A stretch of DNA of 64,000 nt. It comes from a virus. Under the pieces are notes generated by a model. It was not told the DNA's origin and made no database searches. It was given only the letters and a program-made list of their open reading frames with translations. The translations under genes and the position numbers were made by a program. Positions within the stretch are counted from its first letter, which is position 1. The number at the start of each line of letters is the position of its first letter. The DNA lies in the UHGV virus genome UHGV-0293664, one strand, 5' to 3'. Shown here one piece after another: positions 30,355-39,295 of this stretch.

Positions 30355-31538
30355 TGTCAAGAAACGTATTTGAAAGTGGTCAAATCACTGTCCGTGAGTT
30401 GCCAGCTATCATTCAGTTTGCCCAGCGTCATAACCGATCTGTCCTGATTTTAGGACCAATGGGCGTGGGGAAGAGCCAGGTGATGAAGCAGATTGCCGAT
30501 AATATGTTCGGTGAGCGAGATGACAACCTGGTTGACGTGCGACTGTCAGATAAAGATCCTGCCGACTTATCTGGGCTACCTATCCCTGTAGAAGCGGATG
30601 GAACTACACGTACAGTGTTTGCAATTCCAGAATTCTGGCCTGCAGATCCAGACTGGAGCGGGATTATCTTTCTGGATGAGCTTACTCATGCAGATAACTA
30701 TCTACAAAAGGTTGCAATGCAGATTATGCTCGACCACAAGTGCGGCACCTATGCATTCCCTAAAGGCTCTGTTTTTGTGGCTGCGGGTAACCGTTCTACA
30801 GATGGTGCGGTTCTTTCGGCGCTCGAAGCCCCTCTGGCTAACCGTTTTATCATTGTAGAAGTTACAAGCAATGCAGAGGTGTTTATTGAGGACTACGCAT
30901 TCCTTAATGGGGTGCATTCCTCTGTAATTGGGTATCTGAAAAGAGTTCCATCAGCTATCGATAATTATGAGGCTATGGCTGAGATTAATTGTCCATCTTT
31001 TGCCACACCGCGATCTTGGGTTGCTGCATCTGACATCTTGCACGATTTTGACAGCGGTATTATTTCTGACGCTATGGCCCGTGTTCTTCTGCAAGGTGCT
31101 ATTGGTCACACTGCAGCGGTAGAGATCTGGACCTACCACACCAAGAAACGCAACTTACCGGAAATCGGTCGGATTATGGCAGGGGGTTGCAAAGAATACG
31201 TAGGTCCTAAACAGCCAGACATTTTGTGGATTCTTGGATCTGAAGGTTGTATCGCTATTCGTAATATGATGGAAAATGCAAGTATCTCCGACGAAGATCT
31301 TGTCAGCTGCGTGGCAAACTTCCTCGATTTCCTTTGGGAAAACTTCAAAGACGAGAACCGAGATTTTGTATTCTCAGTCTTTATGGCGATGATGAAACCT
31401 AATGCCTTAGGAAATGCCTTGCTTATCGGTAAAGGGCGTGACAAGATTGTTGCTCAGCTGATCAAAGCATACCCAAACCTGATGAAGATTGTAAAAGAGT
31501 TTGGTGAAGAGTTTAGCGCCATTTTGGCTAAAGCTTAA
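30354..31538 (+). CDS. AAA+ ATPase, MoxR/CobS-like
   Basis: Walker A LILGPMGVGKSQ, Walker B IIFLDELTHA. Confidence 0.7.
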   Translation: MSRNVFESGQITVRELPAIIQFAQRHNRSVLILGPMGVGKSQVMKQIADNMFGERDDNLVDVRLSDKDPADLSGLPIPVEADGTTRTVFAIPEFWPADPDWSGIIFLDELTHADNYLQKVAMQIMLDHKCGTYAFPKGSVFVAAGNRSTDGAVLSALEAPLANRFIIVEVTSNAEVFIEDYAFLNGVHSSVIGYLKRVPSAIDNYEAMAEINCPSFATPRSWVAASDILHDFDSGIISDAMARVLLQGAIGHTAAVEIWTYHTKKRNLPEIGRIMAGGCKEYVGPKQPDILWILGSEGCIAIRNMMENASISDEDLVSCVANFLDFLWENFKDENRDFVFSVFMAMMKPNALGNALLIGKGRDKIVAQLIKAYPNLMKIVKEFGEEFSAILAKA

Positions 31539-31547
31539 GGGGGTTGT

Positions 31548-31928
31548 ATGGCTAAAGTAGGTAAGCGGGGAAACTACCTGGTGGTATTGACCGAGGAGCC
31601 AGAGAAGGAGTACGAATGCAGCTCCACTTGCGTGATCGATATCCGAGAAAAAGATGTAGATGAAATCTGGTTTGAAATATTAGACGCTTGCGACAGCAGT
31701 GATTATTTCTTCATCTATGTCAACGATAAGGCTGGGTTCTTCCATGACGACGGAGAGTTGCCGTATGAAATCTATGAACTTGTAGAGGCTTGCCATCGCG
31801 GAGATGCGGAGTTGTTTGGCCTACGGCTGAAAAGCGGTAAATTCTTCTATCAAGATGAGTGCATGAATCTTCATAACTTTGTAGAGGGAACTTGCAACGA
31901 TGGAGAGATTTTGGCACACTACGATTAA
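31548..31928 (+). CDS. Small acidic protein
   Basis: 126 aa; Asp/Glu-rich. Confidence 0.5.
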   Translation: MAKVGKRGNYLVVLTEEPEKEYECSSTCVIDIREKDVDEIWFEILDACDSSDYFFIYVNDKAGFFHDDGELPYEIYELVEACHRGDAELFGLRLKSGKFFYQDECMNLHNFVEGTCNDGEILAHYD

Positions 31929-31937
31929 TTTCTAAGA

Positions 31938-31965
31938 CACCCCGCTTCGGCGGGGATTTTCTATT
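31938..31965 (+). terminator. Rho-independent terminator
   Basis: CCCCGC-TTCG-GCGGGG hairpin then T-rich tract; same hairpin as at 5218. Confidence 0.7.
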
Positions 31966-31975
31966 TGGAGTTATT

Positions 31976-32476
31976 GTGAAAATTAAGATCTTTGCTATTA
32001 TTTTGAGCGCATTTTTATCGCTGCCTGTTGTTGCAGCACCAAAACAAAAAGTATATCATACTTGCAAGCCCTCAGATACTAAGGAAAACATTCTGGCATG
32101 CAATATCTACAGGGAAGCTAGAGGGGATGGCACGATGGGTATGCTGGCATCTGGGTTTGCCACACTAAACAGGAAATCTCACCCCAAATACCCAGACACT
32201 ATAAGAAAGATCGTCTACCAACCTAACCAGTTTTCGTGGACAAACCACGGCAAAACTTTTAAGGTGACAGAAAAAGATTCATGGGATCACGCTAAAAGTC
32301 TTGCAAAGATGCTTCTAAAGGTCTATAATAACAACCATGTTGCATACATGGCTATGGATATAACAGGTGGAGCAACACACTACCATACAACCAAAGTACG
32401 ACCGAAATGGGCAAAAAAGATGCAGAGGACAGCTCAATTCGGGAACCATATCTACTACAAGGAGCGCAATAAATGA
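31976..32476 (+). CDS. Secreted cell-wall hydrolase, SleB-like
   Basis: GTG start after GGAG; signal-peptide-like N-terminus; YREARGDG...NR...YQPNQFSW motif. Confidence 0.55.
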   Translation: MKIKIFAIILSAFLSLPVVAAPKQKVYHTCKPSDTKENILACNIYREARGDGTMGMLASGFATLNRKSHPKYPDTIRKIVYQPNQFSWTNHGKTFKVTEKDSWDHAKSLAKMLLKVYNNNHVAYMAMDITGGATHYHTTKVRPKWAKKMQRTAQFGNHIYYKERNK

Positions 32477-34455
32477 TCGTAAACAGTAATGAAACTAAAG
32501 CGGTACTGACCGGGAATATGGAGGTCACCAGGGGCTCAATTTCTCTGAACAAAGAGACTTTTGGGCTAATCATTAAAGGGATTTACGAAGATAAGGTGCT
32601 GGCAAGCTGCCGTGAACCAATCTTCAATGCTGTGGACTCCCATGTTGAGTCTGGACGGGGTGATGTACCGATCATCATTCACTCTCCTACAGACCTTGAA
32701 CCATACTTCTTTGTGCAGGACGTTGGATTGGGCATGTCAGAAGAGATGGTCCGTAACACTTTCATGAACCTCGGGGAGTCAACCAAGCGCAACAGCAACG
32801 CCCTGGTTGGCAATAAAGGTGTTGGTTCAAAGGCCCCGTTCAGCATGGTGGACACTTTCGATGTGATCAGTGTGCACAATGGGGTTGAAAGCACATATCT
32901 ATTGTTCTTGGATCAGGGTATCCCAAACGTTACCAAGATCCGCGAGCGGAAGACCGAAGAGCACAATGGGGTAAAAGTTCAGTTCCATGTTAAGAAAGAG
33001 CATGTTCTGAAATATCGCACTGCTATTGCGTCATGCCTACGCTATGCAAAGTTTCCGTTTACCGTTACCGACCCTATGACCAGTAAGATGCTGGAAGGTG
33101 ACAAGGTTGAGGCGCAGTATCACTACGAGAAGGATGGTTGGAAAATGACCATCCTGAAAGGTTATACCAGCTCTGATGAGAGCCGTGTGGTGATGGGACA
33201 CCAACCTTACCGCTCTAAGTTCCTGGAAACATTGACAGACTACCCTGCAATCTGTGTGGAGATCCCTATCGGGGATTGCAATATTAACCCTGGGCGCGAA
33301 TGGACCATAGAGGGTCACGACGATGGTGGATTCCAAGAGCGTCTGGAGGCTTTTGTCAAAGAGGGTATCCGTCTTCGTGGGGCAGAAGTTGTTGCGGAAT
33401 TGGAAACAGCAAAAACATCCTCAGAAGCACGCGAAATGATGAAGAACAGCGGAGTGTTCGGGCACATCTTCGGTAAGAATTTTATGTGGGAACGATGGGA
33501 AGAGACAGGCCTAGGAAATTTGGGGGACTGTGAGATCTTCGCTGGCGGCTTAAATAAAGGCCGCATAGGTTACGCTTGTTACGGAAAGGTAGAATTCTTA
33601 CGGGGAGTCTATTTAGTATTTAACGACGGAGACGGCAAATATAACCGAAATAAGTGTAACTACTTAAGCGAGATCACCGGACGCAACGTTTTCTATTGCC
33701 GGAACACGGATCTGGTGAAAGAGTTTAAAGAGGCGGCACACCATCCGTTCTTTGCAGATACGATCAAATTGTTATCAGAGCTCCCTCGCCGACCTGCGAA
33801 GAAAGGTGAAACAAAAACTCATTATGAGCCAGGCTATTGGGTTAAAAAACTTGAGGATGATGGTTACTTCCGTCGTGAGCGTATTACTAAGGCAGAGTTC
33901 AAGAAGATTAAGCACTGCATTCCTTATGAGGGCGATATCCAACGTGGAAGTTGTTGGCTGGGACAGCTGAGTAACATCTACCAGCAAAATTATGACCGTG
34001 TGCGTGCGGCACTCCAAATTCCTGAAGGTGAAGATCTGTACTTGGTATCAGAATCTCGTCTGCTTTGGACTGATCCTGATTGCCAGTATGTTACAGAGAA
34101 GAGTGTGGAACATTTGTTGAAAGAGGATGCTTGGAAATTCTTACTGACTCGCGCAGCAAATGAAACCTCATATGACAGCCTGTATAGACAATTAGGGAAA
34201 ATTATCCCCATGCAAGATTTTGGAAATTATCGGCCACATTTCCACAAGTGGGAAGGTAACACCGCGTGGAAGCACAGTGAGCTAAATCATCGTGCCAAAA
34301 TCTTAATCGCCAACCGAGTTAAGTGCGGGAAGGCCTATATTGCAAGATTGGAAAAGAAATATCCACTTTTGAAGCATGTGGGCTTGAAATATTGGGACAC
34401 TCCTGCTATGATTGAATACCGTGAACTGATTGATACAAAGAATAACACCAACTAA
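32473..34455 (+). CDS. rIIA: rIIA-like protein with GHKL ATPase domain
   Basis: REPIFNAVDSH resembles T4 rIIA RELITNMIDAH; DVGLGM and GNKGVGSKA G-boxes. Confidence 0.6.
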   Translation: MIVNSNETKAVLTGNMEVTRGSISLNKETFGLIIKGIYEDKVLASCREPIFNAVDSHVESGRGDVPIIIHSPTDLEPYFFVQDVGLGMSEEMVRNTFMNLGESTKRNSNALVGNKGVGSKAPFSMVDTFDVISVHNGVESTYLLFLDQGIPNVTKIRERKTEEHNGVKVQFHVKKEHVLKYRTAIASCLRYAKFPFTVTDPMTSKMLEGDKVEAQYHYEKDGWKMTILKGYTSSDESRVVMGHQPYRSKFLETLTDYPAICVEIPIGDCNINPGREWTIEGHDDGGFQERLEAFVKEGIRLRGAEVVAELETAKTSSEAREMMKNSGVFGHIFGKNFMWERWEETGLGNLGDCEIFAGGLNKGRIGYACYGKVEFLRGVYLVFNDGDGKYNRNKCNYLSEITGRNVFYCRNTDLVKEFKEAAHHPFFADTIKLLSELPRRPAKKGETKTHYEPGYWVKKLEDDGYFRRERITKAEFKKIKHCIPYEGDIQRGSCWLGQLSNIYQQNYDRVRAALQIPEGEDLYLVSESRLLWTDPDCQYVTEKSVEHLLKEDAWKFLLTRAANETSYDSLYRQLGKIIPMQDFGNYRPHFHKWEGNTAWKHSELNHRAKILIANRVKCGKAYIARLEKKYPLLKHVGLKYWDTPAMIEYRELIDTKNNTN

Positions 34456-34465
34456 GGAGACCAAG

Positions 34466-35671
34466 ATGATTTTCATCTACGAACATTTCAAAACTCGTAA
34501 AGAAGCACGTGACCGCCGTGCAGAACTTGAGAAGAAGGGTTTCACATGTGCCATTGAGAAAGGTGATACAACCTGGACACTAGCAGTTGGTGCCCCAGAG
34601 CTGTTCGATCCTGACCGTGACAGCGTCTGCTACACCCGTGAGGATTTTGAAACCCGTGAAGAGGCCCGTTTATTTCGATATGGGCTGGAAGATAACGGTA
34701 AGTACGCCATGATCTTAGACTTAGGCGAAGGTTCCGTTAAACGTTGGGGCGTGGTATACCCACTGTGTGTTGTTCACGGTGTGGGGTTCACTGGTGTAGC
34801 AATCAAGTCAGAAGAACCTTTAGTAGAAGTCAAAGATCCGGTGCTGGAGGTGGTGAGCAGTGTGTCTCAGCAACAGACTCGAAGCATCGAGCCTTTGGTA
34901 GTTATTTGCGGAGAACTCCTCCAGATCACCTGCAACGAAGGCATTTTTGAAATTCGCCGCAGTGAAAGTGAGGAAGTTTACCAGAAAGTCTTTGACCATA
35001 TCTCTGTTCAGGAATATGACGAGGCAATTGGTGAAATCCTTGTCTGGCTGGAACGCAAGAATGAGTTCACCACACTTGCAGACAACTTGATCATGAAAGA
35101 TGGCAAGCTCTACTACTACGGCGTAGAGATGCGATCCACTATTGCAAAGAAAATTGAGAAAGACTATGCAGACGGAACATTGGATGACCGCTATGTGAAA
35201 TTCCTCGTTCGACTGCTACGCAATCCATCTGCAAAATCTGTAAACATGCTCTACGATTTTATGCAGGCCAATGATATTCAGATTGCAGAAGATGGTCGAA
35301 TCATTTGCTACAAAGGCGTTCAGTTTAACGGCAGCAAGTGGGTGGATTGGCACAGTGGTAAAGTCCCACAATACCAAGGTGCTTTTGTATCCATGCCTCG
35401 TAACTTTGTAGAGGATGATCCTGAAGCTGCGTGCTCCTATGGCTTACACTGCGCCAGCAAAGAGTATGCAAAGAGCTACGGCACTGTAATGACTGTTATG
35501 GTTGACCCTGCAGATGTGGTTAGTGTGCCATACCAACACAATAGCGCTAAGTGCCGTGCATGCCGCTATGAGATTGTGGTAGCTCCGGAAGCACGCAAGG
35601 ACGGCGACCCGATTGAATACGTGGTTGACCGAGACGGTAACACTATCGACATTCTTTACGAGGAGGCGTAA
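34466..35671 (+). CDS. Putative rIIB-like protein
   Basis: 401 aa directly downstream of rIIA-like gene; call is positional only. Confidence 0.35.
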   Translation: MIFIYEHFKTRKEARDRRAELEKKGFTCAIEKGDTTWTLAVGAPELFDPDRDSVCYTREDFETREEARLFRYGLEDNGKYAMILDLGEGSVKRWGVVYPLCVVHGVGFTGVAIKSEEPLVEVKDPVLEVVSSVSQQQTRSIEPLVVICGELLQITCNEGIFEIRRSESEEVYQKVFDHISVQEYDEAIGEILVWLERKNEFTTLADNLIMKDGKLYYYGVEMRSTIAKKIEKDYADGTLDDRYVKFLVRLLRNPSAKSVNMLYDFMQANDIQIAEDGRIICYKGVQFNGSKWVDWHSGKVPQYQGAFVSMPRNFVEDDPEAACSYGLHCASKEYAKSYGTVMTVMVDPADVVSVPYQHNSAKCRACRYEIVVAPEARKDGDPIEYVVDRDGNTIDILYEEA

Positions 35672-37041
35672 TGGAAAAAGGGCAGTATGATGTAGGCACA
35701 GATGCTGCCCTTGTTGCAATCATGAGCGGTGAGAATGTCTTCGTTTCAGGACCCGCAGGTTGTGGGAAGACGTACCTCATCAACATGATCCAGTCAATGT
35801 ATGGAGACTCTTGCATAACGGTTGCCCCGACAGGGGTAGCCGCTTTAAACGTTAATGGAGCAACAGCACACCGAACCTTCGATCTTGCAGCAGGTGTGAG
35901 CATGGAGTCAGACTGGACCGCAATAAGGGCAAAAACAGCAAAGCCTTTGAAAAGCAAGGCATTTACCATCCTAATTATCGATGAAATCTCTATGATCCGT
36001 GCTGATAAGTTTATAGAGATGGATAGGAAACTCCGCTTCCTTCGAAAAAATGACAAACCTTTCGGAGGCATACAGGTCATATTGTTTGGCGATTTTTACC
36101 AGGCACCTCCTGTTGTCTCTTCTATGGAGAAGGAGGCCTACTTCAACTTCTACCACACAGACCTATGTTGCTATACCGAATCTTGGAAAGAGCTTGACCT
36201 TCACAACATAGCCCTAATAGACCAGTTCCGACAGGAGTCTATTCGATTTGCCACAATGCTCAACTGTGTTCGTGAGGGTCGTCGCATAAAAGAGGTTGTA
36301 GCAGAACTTAATGCTCGCTGTTACAAAGGCGGTGTACCAACAGACGCTCTCACAATTTGCGCCACCAACAAACAAGCAGAGGAAGTGAACAGAAGGTTCT
36401 ATGATGCCATCAACGCCCCAGAGAAGGTATACACTGGTGAAATGAAGGGTAAGTTTCCCTCCACCCTGCCAGTGGAGCAGGAGATGAAGTTGAAAATTGG
36501 CATGAAAGTTATGATAACCGCCAACGATGTTGACCCGACGCACAAAGTACCTTATTATGTTAACGGAACACGTGCCACAATTGTTAAATTTAAGAACAAG
36601 GCGGTGGTGGTAGAGCTTGAAGATGGAACACAGGTTGACATAGAGCAGAGGTTGTGGGAGAATAACGAGTATAAGCCATCTCAGAGATACAACATTGCAG
36701 AAAGGAAGATGGAGAAGTTTATAGAGAGGGTAGTGATTGGGTCATACAAGCAACTTCCTCTGAAATCTGGGTACGCCGTAACATCTCATAAAAGTCAAGG
36801 ACTTACGTTAGATTGTTACAACCTAGACCTTGGAAAGAACGGAGCTTTCTCTCCTGGTATGACGTATGTTGCTTTGAGTAGAGTTAAGACAATACAAGGA
36901 ATAAACTTGTTGCGTCCACTAAGAGAGGTTGACATTATTGTTGACCCGCGAGTCGTAGAGTTTTACAATACAACATTCCCTGACTTAGACAAAATTGTCA
37001 GGAAAGATTTTGAAACCAGAGCAGAAGAGGGGGACGTATGA
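35671..37041 (+). CDS. Pif1/RecD/Dda-like SF1 DNA helicase
   Basis: Walker A GPAGCGKTY; ILIIDEISM; TSHKSQGLT; ALSRV motifs. Confidence 0.75.
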   Translation: MEKGQYDVGTDAALVAIMSGENVFVSGPAGCGKTYLINMIQSMYGDSCITVAPTGVAALNVNGATAHRTFDLAAGVSMESDWTAIRAKTAKPLKSKAFTILIIDEISMIRADKFIEMDRKLRFLRKNDKPFGGIQVILFGDFYQAPPVVSSMEKEAYFNFYHTDLCCYTESWKELDLHNIALIDQFRQESIRFATMLNCVREGRRIKEVVAELNARCYKGGVPTDALTICATNKQAEEVNRRFYDAINAPEKVYTGEMKGKFPSTLPVEQEMKLKIGMKVMITANDVDPTHKVPYYVNGTRATIVKFKNKAVVVELEDGTQVDIEQRLWENNEYKPSQRYNIAERKMEKFIERVVIGSYKQLPLKSGYAVTSHKSQGLTLDCYNLDLGKNGAFSPGMTYVALSRVKTIQGINLLRPLREVDIIVDPRVVEFYNTTFPDLDKIVRKDFETRAEEGDV

Positions 37042-37379
37042 GTTTGTGGAGAAATATCGTTAACTACGTGTGTGGCAATCCAACCCCTGAAGAGAAGGAT
37101 GTTGTGATTCACGATTTTACTAAAAGATCTCGTGAAAAAGATCTACTGCTAACAAAGGTGACTGATAAAGATCCCGCAGTAGGGGACTGGGCAGGTTTTG
37201 CATTTACATCGGACAAATACACCTTTAACAAAGGTGACTACCTTGTTGTGGATTTTAACGAAGACATTGAGGGTGCTGAACCTTACTATCAGACCCTTAT
37301 TGTTGCAGGGTGTGTTGATCTCTCTGCAGGTATGCACAGTTTGATTCTTTTTGAGCTTGACTCTGAAGACCTTGAGTAG
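37038..37379 (+). CDS. Hypothetical protein
   Basis: 113 aa; ATGA-type overlap with helicase stop. Confidence 0.5.
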   Translation: MSLWRNIVNYVCGNPTPEEKDVVIHDFTKRSREKDLLLTKVTDKDPAVGDWAGFAFTSDKYTFNKGDYLVVDFNEDIEGAEPYYQTLIVAGCVDLSAGMHSLILFELDSEDLE

Positions 37380-37395
37380 TAAGATGTGAGTCTAA

Positions 37396-37413
37396 AGGGG
37401 AGGCACTCCTCCC
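37396..37413 (+). promoter_or_regulatory. Leader or attenuator hairpin
   Basis: GGGGAGG-CACT-CCTCCCC followed by ACAAAAA, no T-run. Confidence 0.35.
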
Positions 37414-37439
37414 CACAAAAACTAAGGAAGCACTAAACG

Positions 37440-37742
37440 ATGAAACGTTATAAACCATACACTTTTGAAATCGATTTCGAACTTGACGATATGTTTACTG
37501 TGGAGGCTCAGGCAGTTGTCCAGTTGCCAGACCCGGAGTGCCGTGATTCTGATGTTGACTATTACGGATTTAGACAAATTACCGATGTGCATGTTTACCA
37601 CAACGGTGAAGAGGTGGACTTCTACAAATTGCCAAACGATATGCGCCACTCAATTTACAAACGTGCAGCCCGTGAACTAGATTCCTATCTGGATGCAGCG
37701 ACGACAGCAGCTGCATTTGCCGAAGAAGTGGGAGGTTTCTGA
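37440..37742 (+). CDS. Small acidic protein
   Basis: 100 aa; Asp/Glu-rich. Confidence 0.5.
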   Translation: MKRYKPYTFEIDFELDDMFTVEAQAVVQLPDPECRDSDVDYYGFRQITDVHVYHNGEEVDFYKLPNDMRHSIYKRAARELDSYLDAATTAAAFAEEVGGF

Positions 37743-38137
37743 TGATTACAGGTGTGAAGATTATCCAATACCACTTAACTAAATTGGAAGATGCTGAAAA
37801 AGAGCTTGCAGAAGTTCTGAACAGTGGATATACTTTGCTATCATGCGCCTGCTCAGACACCTACGCTGTGTGGACACTTACCCGGAAGGAAGAGCCTGCA
37901 TGGATCTTGGTGCCAAACCCTAAGATTATTAGTGAGGTGGATGACTACCCCCAGGACGGCCTGCCAGAAGGCTGGGAAGTATGGGAAGGTGGTGAAAACC
38001 CTGCACCAGGTAAGTGGGTAAAATACAAACTACGTAGTGGTGCACAGTACGCTGACTACTCTGATGACCTAGACTGGAGTCATTCTTCACCAGGATCATC
38101 TGCAAGTTCATATGATATCGTTGCTTTTCAGGAATAA
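37742..38137 (+). CDS. Hypothetical protein
   Basis: 131 aa; ATGA overlap with upstream gene. Confidence 0.5.
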   Translation: MITGVKIIQYHLTKLEDAEKELAEVLNSGYTLLSCACSDTYAVWTLTRKEEPAWILVPNPKIISEVDDYPQDGLPEGWEVWEGGENPAPGKWVKYKLRSGAQYADYSDDLDWSHSSPGSSASSYDIVAFQE

Positions 38138-38149
38138 GGAGAGAGCGCT

Positions 38150-38632
38150 ATGTCAGATTTTATGTGGAAAGTAGGCTATGCCACTCCTGAAATGTGTGAG
38201 GCTTGCTTTGTGAAAATAGGCCGCGAGGATATCGACAAAGTGATCCTTAAGTTTCGTGATGTAGCTGTGATCGGCAACCGAGTGCTTAAGCACTTAAAGA
38301 ATCTGAAGCTAACCAAAAAGAAGTTCTTCGGACTTTTCGAAGAGAAAGTTGATGCTTGGACCCATTGCATTCAGGAAGCGAAATCTCACTACAGTGCTAT
38401 CGTTACTCCAGAACGGGTAGCTAAGATGGAAGGATTCATCAACAGCACAGAATTTGAGTGTCTGAAAGCTGCACTCGATAGTTATCCGAAATGCCTCAAG
38501 CACTTGGACAAGTATGTAGAAAAGGATGGGGAAATGTATCTCACCCTAGACGCATATTATGAGATGCAAGAAATTTTAAATTTAGATTTGACATTGGTAT
38601 CCACCGAGTATACAATAGGTATCCGGGTTTAA
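38150..38632 (+). CDS. Hypothetical protein
   Basis: 160 aa; AAGGAGAGAG RBS. Confidence 0.5.
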   Translation: MSDFMWKVGYATPEMCEACFVKIGREDIDKVILKFRDVAVIGNRVLKHLKNLKLTKKKFFGLFEEKVDAWTHCIQEAKSHYSAIVTPERVAKMEGFINSTEFECLKAALDSYPKCLKHLDKYVEKDGEMYLTLDAYYEMQEILNLDLTLVSTEYTIGIRV

Positions 38633-38637
38633 CACTA

Positions 38638-38666
38638 GGCCCTGCCCGAAAGGGTGGGGCTTTTTG
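38638..38666 (+). terminator. Rho-independent terminator
   Basis: CCCTGCCC-GAAA-GGGTGGGG hairpin then TTTTT; duplicated at 49350. Confidence 0.75.
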
Positions 38667-38683
38667 CATTAGGAGACAGCAAA

Positions 38684-39295
38684 TTGAAATTTATATACAA
38701 AGAACACTACCACAAAGGTGTTGTGTGGAGTCTATTTGACGGGTCTGGTGGTGCAGTCATTGACTGGGCAAAAGCTGGGTACCTGTGCCTGTGCTTTAAT
38801 GCAGAAGGTGCTGATCACGGCAGTTATGCAGAGGTGATCACCGATCATCCCAACATTCACTATGTTGATTATTGGATTGACCCATGGTTCCCTCAGGAAA
38901 CTTTTTGCATGTACCCAGCTCCAGACTTTATTCTTGCATTTCCTCCGTGCACGCATTTAGCGGTGTCAGGTGCTGCACATTTTAAGAAAAAGCTGGCTAA
39001 GGACCCCCTGATCCAAATTAATGCTGTAAAGGATGCTCGGGTTGCGGAAGAGCTGGGAGAGATTTACGATTGCCCGTGGCATGTAGAGAATCCTGTGGGT
39101 GTTATGTCCACACTGTGGCGCAAACCTGTCCCGCAAATAGTTGACGTGGTTAGCGGGTATTCCATGCAACACGCCAAGCTGGGTGGAAAGAGTGCAAGAA
39201 CGAAGATGATTCGAAGCCTCACACCACGTGGCTGGGCAAAAGCCGTATTCTTAGCAAACGAGCCTGTAGTAAGGAGCAGAATTAATGGGAAGTAA
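38684..39295 (+). CDS. Small C5-cytosine methyltransferase-like protein
   Basis: TTG start after AGGAGA; motif I LFDGSGG, motif IV-like FPPCT, motif VI-like HVENP; about 203 aa, no obvious target-recognition domain. Confidence 0.5.
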   Translation: MKFIYKEHYHKGVVWSLFDGSGGAVIDWAKAGYLCLCFNAEGADHGSYAEVITDHPNIHYVDYWIDPWFPQETFCMYPAPDFILAFPPCTHLAVSGAAHFKKKLAKDPLIQINAVKDARVAEELGEIYDCPWHVENPVGVMSTLWRKPVPQIVDVVSGYSMQHAKLGGKSARTKMIRSLTPRGWAKAVFLANEPVVRSRINGK

